Below, one piece after another: positions 19,111 through 26,711 of a DNA stretch of 32,000 nt. Within the stretch, counting starts at the first letter, position 1. Every line of letters starts with the position of its first letter. A program made the translations under genes and the position numbers. Under the pieces are notes generated by a model. That model ran no database searches and had not been told where the DNA came from. It saw only the letters and a list, made by a program, of their open reading frames with translations. Source of the DNA: Candidatus Arthromitus sp. SFB-mouse-Japan (GTDB lineage: Bacteria > Bacillota > Clostridia > Clostridiales > Clostridiaceae); contig NC_015913.1 of the NCBI RefSeq assembly GCF_000270205.1, forward strand, positions 1,111,084-1,143,083. Reading direction: 5' to 3'.

Positions 19111-19215
19111 TTATTTTTTACAACATTTAGCTTTTTTTATAATTTTTTTCGCAATATTTTCGATAATTATAAAATTGTTTGCCTTTAAATCTTCTTAGAA
19201 ATAAATTGATATCAA

Positions 19216-19241
19216 CAAAAAAAGAGGTTGAAAAACCTCTT
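19216..19241 (-). terminator. rho-independent terminator of aminotransferase gene
   Basis: aagaggtt-gaaa-aacctctt followed by a T-run on the minus strand, 9 nt after the stop. Confidence 0.75.
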
Positions 19242-19249
19242 AACAAAAT

Positions 19250-20389
19250 TTATCTATTTATATAATTTTCAATTCTAACTAGTCCTCTTTCAAGTTCATC
19301 AATAGAATTACAATAACTAAGTCGCATATATCCCTCACCCATTTCACCAAAAGCACTACCAGGAACACAAGCAACTCCCGCATTCTTTAACAAATCAACA
19401 CAAAAATCATAACTTTTCTCATTAGTTATACCATCAAGAGATGGAAAAATATAAAACGCTCCCATCGGCTTTTCAACTCTAAATCCCATTTTAATTAATC
19501 TATCATATATAAAATCTCTTCTCACCCTAAACTCTTCTCTCATTATTTCAACATCTCTAAGAGCCTCATCAAAACCATACAAAGTACCATATTGAACAAT
19601 AGATACAGCAGAAGATGTCGCATATAAATGAACTTTATTAAGCTCCTCTATATACGGACTCTTTGCACAAATAAATCCAAGCCTTAATCCTGTCATAGAA
19701 AACATCTTGGAAAATCCAGAAACCAAAATTATTCTATCCAATAAATCCTCATATTCACAAATAGTTTCAAATTTATCATAAATGATAGTACTATACATTT
19801 CATCACTTATTATTTTACAATATGGATACTTAGATAAAATACTATAAAACTTCTTCTTATCGTCTTCAGTCAGAGCAATTCCCGTTGGATTGTTCGGAAA
19901 ACACATTACGATTCCTTTAATATCTTTACTCTTAAACTCGCTTTCTATCCTATCAAAATCAATTTTACCATCCTTATTCACACTATAAAAAACAGGATTA
20001 GCTCCTACAAATTTAAGAGTATTTTCATACGCAGGATAACCTGGACTCGGAGTTAAAACGTTATCTCCTTCATTAAAAATTGTATTGAAAGTTACAAAAA
20101 GTGCCTCACTTCCACCAACGGTTAAAATCATTTCATCTTTAGAAAACTTTATAGAATACTCATCATCCAAATATTTAGATATCCTCTCTCTAAGCTCAGG
20201 TATTCCTTGATTCATAGTATAATAAGTTTTTCCCTCATCTAAAGCTCTCAAAATTCCTTTCTTAAGAGACTTTGGAAGTTTAAAATCAGGTTGTCCTACT
20301 GTTAAAGAAACGGCATCTGGGTAATTCCTAACCTCATTAAAAAATTTTCTTATACCAGAATACTGAACATTTTTCATATGTCTATTCAT
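19250..20389 (-). CDS. class I/II PLP-dependent aminotransferase (AspC/PatA-like)
   Basis: GGAGG RBS. YSGIRKFF, PNNPTG and SGFSKMFSMTGLRLGF (Schiff-base Lys) motifs. Proximity to dapH suggests, but does not prove, a role in the acetyl-DAP pathway. Confidence 0.85.
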   Translation of the reverse strand: MNRHMKNVQYSGIRKFFNEVRNYPDAVSLTVGQPDFKLPKSLKKGILRALDEGKTYYTMNQGIPELRERISKYLDDEYSIKFSKDEMILTVGGSEALFVTFNTIFNEGDNVLTPSPGYPAYENTLKFVGANPVFYSVNKDGKIDFDRIESEFKSKDIKGIVMCFPNNPTGIALTEDDKKKFYSILSKYPYCKIISDEMYSTIIYDKFETICEYEDLLDRIILVSGFSKMFSMTGLRLGFICAKSPYIEELNKVHLYATSSAVSIVQYGTLYGFDEALRDVEIMREEFRVRRDFIYDRLIKMGFRVEKPMGAFYIFPSLDGITNEKSYDFCVDLLKNAGVACVPGSAFGEMGEGYMRLSYCNSIDELERGLVRIENYINR

Positions 20390-20413
20390 AACAAATAATC
20401 CTCCTAAAAACTT

Positions 20414-20947
20414 TTAATATTCTATGCCGACTCTAGCTAAAATGCCATCATCATAATAATGTTTAACTTTATCAATCTTACTAACCAAATCAGCATTGTC
20501 TATTAAAGTTTGAGATGCATTTCTACCTGTCAAAACTAATTCAAGACTCTTCGGCTTATTCCTCATAACTTCAATTATCTCGGCTTCATCTATAAATCCT
20601 CCTTGAATTGCACCAAGAACCTCATCTAAAATTATCAAATCGTATTTTCCTGAATTTATAAATTCCTTAGCTTTATTCAATTCAACTTTAATTTCTTCTC
20701 TAAGCAAATTAAGCTGTTCTTCGTTGAGATTGTAAGTAAAACTCTTTTTGCTCTCAATCCTATAAATTTCAAATCTATCACCCAAAAGTTTAATGCTATC
20801 CAATTCAGACGTGTGCCAATTCTTAAGAAATTGAACCATCATAACTCTAAACCCCGCTCCAATACTCCTAAATGCAAGTCCTAAAGCACATGTAGTTTTC
20901 CCCTTACCGTCTCCCATATAAATATGTATATATCCATTCTTTTCCAA
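20414..20947 (-). CDS. cobO: ATP:cob(I)alamin adenosyltransferase, CobA/CobO/BtuR family
   Basis: TTG start with GGAGG 7-8 nt upstream. P-loop GDGKGKTT, ILDE and LVLTGR. Length ~177 aa, typical of the family. Confidence 0.7.
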   Translation of the reverse strand: MEKNGYIHIYMGDGKGKTTCALGLAFRSIGAGFRVMMVQFLKNWHTSELDSIKLLGDRFEIYRIESKKSFTYNLNEEQLNLLREEIKVELNKAKEFINSGKYDLIILDEVLGAIQGGFIDEAEIIEVMRNKPKSLELVLTGRNASQTLIDNADLVSKIDKVKHYYDDGILARVGIEY

Positions 20948-21092
20948 GCCTTTCCCTCCTCTAACATAAATTTTACATTACACTTTTATATTAATCCATT
21001 ACTATTTAATTATTTTTTATCCTACCATCCAAAATCATCAATATATAATGTATAATACTTATGAATTAACAAAAAGGAAGGAATAATATTAA

Positions 21093-21806
21093 ATGAATTA
21101 CGATATGAAAAATCCTTATGATATCGCAAGATACATAAAAGATGCTAAAAAATCAACTCCTTTAAAAGTCTACTTAAAGGGAAATTTAACAGACGAAGAT
21201 TTTAATAATTTAGAATTTTACGGATCAAACGGAAATTACACTCTATTTGGTGAAAAAGAAGACATTATTTCATTTCTATCCAAAAATCAATCTAAAATAA
21301 ATAGACATAGAATTGAAAATTCAAAGAGAAACTCTGCAATCCCAATGCTGAATCTAATAGATATAGAGGCAAGAATTGAGCCTGGTGCAATAATTCGAGA
21401 TATGGTAACAATAGAAAAGAATTGTATAATCATGATGGGAGCAGTTATAAATATAGGTGCTGAAATTGGAGAAGGTACTATGGTTGATATGAATGCCGTT
21501 GTTGGTGCTCGTGGAAAACTCGGCAAAAATGTACACCTAGGAGCAGGTGCTGTTGTAGCAGGAGTTCTTGAACCACCATCAAAAGAACCATGTGTAATAG
21601 AAAATAATGTTCTTATAGGCGCTAACGCTGTAATACTTGAAGGTGTACGTGTTGGTGAAAATTCTGTAGTTGGAGCAGGTGCTATCGTAACAAAAGATGT
21701 ACCTCCAAATACAGTTGTAACTGGTTCTCCTGCAAGAATTATTAAAGAAATAGATCAAGCGGTAAAAGATAGAACTAAAATCTTAGAAGATCTAAGAAGT
21801 CTCTAA
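21093..21806 (+). CDS. dapH: 2,3,4,5-tetrahydropyridine-2,6-dicarboxylate N-acetyltransferase
   Basis: N-terminal domain ([20 protein letters not shown]) followed by left-handed beta-helix hexapeptide repeats. 237 aa. Confidence 0.85.
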   Translation: MNYDMKNPYDIARYIKDAKKSTPLKVYLKGNLTDEDFNNLEFYGSNGNYTLFGEKEDIISFLSKNQSKINRHRIENSKRNSAIPMLNLIDIEARIEPGAIIRDMVTIEKNCIIMMGAVINIGAEIGEGTMVDMNAVVGARGKLGKNVHLGAGAVVAGVLEPPSKEPCVIENNVLIGANAVILEGVRVGENSVVGAGAIVTKDVPPNTVVTGSPARIIKEIDQAVKDRTKILEDLRSL

Positions 21807-21843
21807 AAAACAGAAGAAGACCATCATAAGATGGCCTTCTTCT
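21805..21843. terminator. hairpin between convergent dapH and SSB-like gene
   Basis: 14-bp stem agaagaagaccatc/gatggccttcttct (one mismatch). A T-run is present only on the minus-strand side. Confidence 0.55.
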
Positions 21844-22498
21844 ATCCAACATCCTCAGACGAATCAACAACTCTATTATCTTTATCTACTTTTTCCATTT
21901 TAGAGACTGACACCTCATATGCTACCTTTGTTACTTTCTCAGTTTCAGAAATCTTCTTTTGATATTCTCGACTTTGCAGTCGTCCCCAAACTCTTATATT
22001 ATCTCCAACTTGTAAATTCTTACAAAATCTAGAATTCCTTCCCCATGCTATAGTAGGTATGTAATCAGATTTATTGTAAGCTCTATTAACCGCTAAAAGT
22101 ACATCAGCAATTTCTCTACCAAAAGGAGTTGTCCTATAGAGTGGTTGTTTGCAAATATAACCGTCTAAATAAATTTCATTTGGATTCTTACTTCTTTCTG
22201 TACAAGGAGTAACATTACGAGCAAAAACAGTTAATATTAATTTATTTTTCCCATCCACAATTTTATTATAAGATCTCAATTGACCTTCCAACATTATCTC
22301 TGTTCCAATGGAAAAATCTATTCCAACCATTATTCTTTCTGATATAGTTACACTCAAAACATCTTTCGAATCACTTAAACGCATAACCTCTATGTCAAAA
22401 TTATAAAATCCTTCTCCAAACATTTCGTGACTAAATTTAGGTTCATCTACTACCTTTCCTTCGAGCCATATCCTATTATTAACTAGGTTTATATCCAT
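21842..22498 (-). CDS. SSB-family protein with two tandem OB folds
   Basis: Start moved to ATG (MDINLV..), preceded by GGAGAGG. Both halves fit the SSB OB pattern (second half: LAVNRAYNKSDYIPTIAWGRNSRFCKNLQVGDNIRVWGRLQSREY). No canonical D-D-D-I-P-F tail. Confidence 0.6.
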   Translation of the reverse strand: MDINLVNNRIWLEGKVVDEPKFSHEMFGEGFYNFDIEVMRLSDSKDVLSVTISERIMVGIDFSIGTEIMLEGQLRSYNKIVDGKNKLILTVFARNVTPCTERSKNPNEIYLDGYICKQPLYRTTPFGREIADVLLAVNRAYNKSDYIPTIAWGRNSRFCKNLQVGDNIRVWGRLQSREYQKKISETEKVTKVAYEVSVSKMEKVDKDNRVVDSSEDVG

Positions 22499-22630
22499 AA
22501 TACACCTCTCCACATTAGTTTTTGTTCTCTAATATGTATATTAGATAGGATTTTTTTTATTACCTTGATTGTATACAATACATTATAAAATTCATTAACA
22601 TATCTTTCAATATTTTAATTTTATTAACAT

Positions 22631-23422
22631 TTAAGTAATATTTTTCAATTGTTTCTGGACACCCATATTATCTATCTCATAATTTTCTCTATATAAAAGT
22701 TCAGATAATGTAACAAATTCATATCCCTGATCTTTAAACTCCTTTAATATCCGCTCTAAATTCTCTGGTGTATTTTTAGCATTAGTATGAAACAGTGCAA
22801 TTGATCCAGCTTGGAGTTTATTTTTTACACGTTGATATTCACTCTCCAATCCATCTTCTTTCCAGTCAATAGAATCAACATCCCATTGAATTGGAATATA
22901 TCCTAAACTCTTAACTATCTCAACAGAATTTTGATTATACTCTCCCTTAGGAAATCTAAATAATTTGCTTCTCTTGTTTGTAATTTCATAAATTTTACTA
23001 TCAGTTATCTCAAGTTCTCTAACTATTCTATCTCTATCTATGTTTGTAAAATCTGGATGTATATTACTATGATTTGCTACCTCATGCCCTCTCTTATTCA
23101 TCTCTTTAACAAGATCAACATTCTCTTTGCTATAATCAATCCATTTTCCAATCAAGAAAAACGATGCCTTAGAATCATATTTATCTAATATATCTAATAT
23201 TTGCATCGTATAATCCTTCCCCCAATTCACATCAAAAGTTATAGCAACTTTCTTTTCCTCCGTATCAACCCTATATATTGGTAATGATTTTTGACTGCTA
23301 AATGTAAGTACCGTTGGATTATAAAAATACACATATGTAACTATTACTGATAAGAATAACATAAAAGCTGTTCCAATAAATGAATATTTAACCTTCTTTT
23401 TATTTTTAATTTTATTACCCAA
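22631..23422 (-). CDS. polysaccharide deacetylase (NodB homology domain), PdaB-like
   Basis: TTG start with AGGAGGA upstream. N-terminal TM anchor. ITFDVNWG, HEVANHSNIHPDF and LFH motifs. Confidence 0.8.
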   Translation of the reverse strand: MGNKIKNKKKVKYSFIGTAFMLFLSVIVTYVYFYNPTVLTFSSQKSLPIYRVDTEEKKVAITFDVNWGKDYTMQILDILDKYDSKASFFLIGKWIDYSKENVDLVKEMNKRGHEVANHSNIHPDFTNIDRDRIVRELEITDSKIYEITNKRSKLFRFPKGEYNQNSVEIVKSLGYIPIQWDVDSIDWKEDGLESEYQRVKNKLQAGSIALFHTNAKNTPENLERILKEFKDQGYEFVTLSELLYRENYEIDNMGVQKQLKNIT

Positions 23423-23572
23423 TTTTTTCCTCCTAATTAATTATTTTATGTAAAATATATGCTAATTTAGTTTTTAATATTAAAAATTTAAAAAAACAAA
23501 AATATTTTTATTTGTATTATTTAGCTTTTAAGATTAGAATAACTATATATGATTAATGAGGTGAATTGATTT

Positions 23573-24088
23573 ATGCTGAAAGATATCATAGAACTTGCAG
23601 ATAATAAACTTTTGATTTTATATATAATAAAAAAATTAAAACACCCTTGCTCAAATGACTGTATAACAGATATCATACTGAGTAATAATTTTTTAAATTA
23701 TTTTTTGCTCCAGCAATATTTAATTGAATTAGTCGAAAATGAATATTTAATAATTATACATTCAAAAAATGAAGAACTATATAAAATCGCACCCCTTGGA
23801 AGAAAAATACTCGAAATGTTTCAAAATAGAATATCTAAGTTTAAAATCGATTGTTTCAAAAATTATATGTCAGCAATCGAAAAGAAAAATCAAATCATTT
23901 CATCAGAGGTAAATATCAAATCCAATAACCTGGAAGTCACATTTTTAAAAAATAATAAACCTATATTAAATTTAATTATACCTAATCAATCCAAAGATCA
24001 AATTCAACTAATAACCAAAAATTGCAAAGATAATTCTGATCATATTTATAATTTAATTTTATCTGCCATAACTAAACAAAAAAAATGA
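23573..24088 (+). CDS. small helix-turn-helix-like protein (DUF4364-like), function unknown
   Basis: GAGGTGA RBS. The N-terminal ~70 aa resemble a winged-helix/PadR-like layout. The family assignment is by memory of its pattern only. Confidence 0.4.
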   Translation: MLKDIIELADNKLLILYIIKKLKHPCSNDCITDIILSNNFLNYFLLQQYLIELVENEYLIIIHSKNEELYKIAPLGRKILEMFQNRISKFKIDCFKNYMSAIEKKNQIISSEVNIKSNNLEVTFLKNNKPILNLIIPNQSKDQIQLITKNCKDNSDHIYNLILSAITKQKK

Positions 24089-24137
24089 TACTTAGTTAAG
24101 CTAAAAAGATTCGCTTATTCTAAGTATCATTTTTTTA
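24081..24137. terminator. long bidirectional hairpin between convergent genes
   Basis: aaaaatgatacttag / ctaagtatcattttt arms with an inner taagc/gctta pairing. T-runs on both sides. Confidence 0.6.
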
Positions 24138-25013
24138 ATACCCATATATTCTAGATGGATCTTCACCAATCCTTATAGTTTCCTTCTTACGGGTATACAA
24201 ATCATATTTAATTAAAAGTTCTTTATCTCCTAACACAACATATAAAAATCTCCCATTCTTATAAATTCCTCTCGGATTTCCATTTACATATATCCTACCG
24301 ATCTCTCGCAATTCTAACAAATCTATTATGCTTACACAATTTCCTAAATAATTTGATACAAAAACGGATTTCGATTCATAATCAATATACATATCTACAG
24401 GTGTATTTAATTTTATACTCTTATAATTTTGACCTGTATCAAAATCATAAATACTAAAAGTTCCATTAATTTCATCACCAAAGTTACTCTCACACACAAA
24501 GATATATTTACTATCCTTATAAAATTTTGAATTCATTGGAAAGTTTCCCGTCCTAATATTTTTTATAACATCGTTAATCTTATAATCAATCATATTTATT
24601 TGATCACTCTTGGAACTTGTAACACAGATCACTTCATATTTATTGTTTATCTCCATACTTTGTGGATAATTTCCACATTCAATCTGATAACACAAGCATT
24701 TGTTTGTCATATCATAGACCACAAGACAATTTGTATCACTACATATTAAATAAATAAAATCATCTATAATCTTTAAGTCATTCGTAAACATTCCAATTTC
24801 CCAAGATTTAATTCCCCATGTATTTATGTTAATCTCATAAAAATTGTAACTATTATTTCCTGCAATATAAATTTTATCATCTAAAAAATCAATTCCATGT
24901 ATTCCTATAATTTTATTTTCATCTTCTAAATGTATTTTTTGATGAATACTATCCGTTAAATTAATCTTTGAAATATAATTTGATAATCCATTACAAATAT
25001 ACAAATCATTCAT
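24135..25013 (-). CDS. beta-propeller repeat protein (YncE/YVTN-like)
   Basis: Start moved to ATG (MNDLYICNG), preceded by AAAGGGGAA. Repeated ~40-aa units with hydrophobic-strand and Y/D/N-turn periodicity. Confidence 0.45.
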   Translation of the reverse strand: MNDLYICNGLSNYISKINLTDSIHQKIHLEDENKIIGIHGIDFLDDKIYIAGNNSYNFYEININTWGIKSWEIGMFTNDLKIIDDFIYLICSDTNCLVVYDMTNKCLCYQIECGNYPQSMEINNKYEVICVTSSKSDQINMIDYKINDVIKNIRTGNFPMNSKFYKDSKYIFVCESNFGDEINGTFSIYDFDTGQNYKSIKLNTPVDMYIDYESKSVFVSNYLGNCVSIIDLLELREIGRIYVNGNPRGIYKNGRFLYVVLGDKELLIKYDLYTRKKETIRIGEDPSRIYGY

Positions 25014-25121
25014 AGATTCCCCTTTCCAATAGTTGCTCAACAATTCATGATATTCAAGAAACAATTTATTTCCAAATGTTTTTTTATTTAATTACATAAA
25101 AAATAGGTAAGGCTAAATGCC

Positions 25122-26567
25122 TTACCTTTCATATACAATCTTTGAAATATCCGCTATTACTTTTTCTGCATTACTTAAATCCTTAGTATAAATTACCAAA
25201 ATAAATGGTCTATCTCCAAAAACAATTCCTATATCATGATAATTCCCTTGAAATGATCCATACTTATTTGCAACAATCCCCTCAGGTATATATCTTCCCA
25301 TTCTAACACCTGTTGAACTATCTTTTAAATATTGAATAATATTTTTATAATAAGGATTATTATCCTTGTTTTCGTATAACTTAAGTAAAAATTTTCTCAT
25401 CTCATTTGTTGAAAAAAGATTGCCTGTCCTATTTAATGGTTCTTCCAAAATTTTTCCATATTCTCTATAAAGACTTGTAACCTGATTAATTCCAGTTATT
25501 AACATATTAGCTGCAATATTATCTGAATTTAGGAGAGATCTTTTAGATAATTCAGCAAAAGTCTGTGGAGGTAAATATTCTCCCACTAGATAACCTTGTA
25601 AAACTCCTGAACCACCTTCATAATGTTGTGAATGAACATATTCAACTTTGCTATTTAAATTTATTTTACCAGATTGTACAAGATCATATAAAACAATATT
25701 AAGTGGTACTTTGTGAGTACTTCCCGCCTTAAATAATACGTCCCCATTTATATCAAATGATTCTTTTGTTGTAACGTCATAAAACGAAACAGCAACATTA
25801 TTAACCATATCTCCTAAATAAGTCAAAATTTTATTTTTCAACCTAGATGAACCTACTCTATTGATTAAATCTTGCTCAAGTCTTAGTGCCTCTTGTTTTC
25901 TCTTTTCAATCTCATCAGTATAATCCACAAGTTTTATATCATTCTCTAATAAATTATATATACTTAAAGCATCAGTCCTATTTACCGGTATATTAACATT
26001 ATTCTTGTCCAACTTTATGTTCATAAGAGATATCCTTACAGCAAATTCATCACTAAAGATTAATTTGTTCATAACATCACTAATCACTTTAGGTGAATCA
26101 TTTATATTCCACCTTAAAATAAGAATCTCACTATTTTTATATGTTGAAGGGTACTCACTTCTATAGTAATATAAAATCCTTCCATCTATATAATCTAACC
26201 AATATTGTTTACCCTGCTTGTCCGTATCTCTTCCAAATATAAATCTATAAATCTTACTTATAAATTCTTCCTTAAGTTTAACTGAATCTAAAAATTCCTT
26301 AGACTCCAATACAAACTTCTCTATAAATGTTCTCGCAGATACTTTACCAGTACTAAGCATATTGTACCAATATCTAAATCCATCTGAATCAGCCTCACGT
26401 CCATAAAAAATATTGTAAGCTGACCCAATAAAATTTCCTAATAGCTTGTCTGAGGTTTGAGTTATAATCATATTTGCCTTAGAAGATACTTCCACAGTTT
26501 TATACGTAGATAAACACATACTTAAAATTAGAAACAAAGCTAAAAAACATTTGGAAATTCTTTTCAT
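25122..26567 (-). CDS. secreted DUF4214-repeat protein fused to class-A beta-lactamase-like serine hydrolase domain
   Basis: AGGAGAGA RBS, ATG 26565-26567. Signal peptide. IGSAYNIFYGREADSDGFRYW and ISKIYRFIFGRDTDKQGKQYW motifs. S-x-x-K (GSTHK), SDN (NSDN) and a K-x-G-like element (NKYGS), in class-A order. Confidence 0.7.
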   Translation of the reverse strand: MKRISKCFLALFLILSMCLSTYKTVEVSSKANMIITQTSDKLLGNFIGSAYNIFYGREADSDGFRYWYNMLSTGKVSARTFIEKFVLESKEFLDSVKLKEEFISKIYRFIFGRDTDKQGKQYWLDYIDGRILYYYRSEYPSTYKNSEILILRWNINDSPKVISDVMNKLIFSDEFAVRISLMNIKLDKNNVNIPVNRTDALSIYNLLENDIKLVDYTDEIEKRKQEALRLEQDLINRVGSSRLKNKILTYLGDMVNNVAVSFYDVTTKESFDINGDVLFKAGSTHKVPLNIVLYDLVQSGKINLNSKVEYVHSQHYEGGSGVLQGYLVGEYLPPQTFAELSKRSLLNSDNIAANMLITGINQVTSLYREYGKILEEPLNRTGNLFSTNEMRKFLLKLYENKDNNPYYKNIIQYLKDSSTGVRMGRYIPEGIVANKYGSFQGNYHDIGIVFGDRPFILVIYTKDLSNAEKVIADISKIVYER

Positions 26568-26597
26568 CACTCTCTCCTTATTTTATAAAATTATTAA

Positions 26598-26614
26598 ATA
26601 TATATATATATATA
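26598..26614. repeat. (AT)8 dinucleotide microsatellite
   Basis: Uninterrupted alternating A/T run of 17 nt, 31-47 nt upstream of ATG 26567. Confidence 0.9.
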
Positions 26615-26620
26615 CTTATT

Positions 26621-26669
26621 CTATAAATAAAATAATCTTCCTTGAATTTTAAATCCAAGAAAGATTATT
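26621..26669 (-). terminator. rho-independent terminator of valS
   Basis: ~15-bp imperfect hairpin 26631-26669 followed on the minus strand by TTTTATTTAT. Confidence 0.55.
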
Positions 26670-26711
26670 TGCACATAATGTCAAATTTATTCAGATGTAA
26701 CTTTATTTCTA

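Noticed and set aside
7650-19200. The accessory block as a mobile genomic island
   Set aside because: No integrase, transposase, tRNA target or flanking direct/inverted repeats were seen. Housekeeping-type genes (DsbA-like, DUF218) are interspersed. Composition looks as AT-rich as the flanks by eye.
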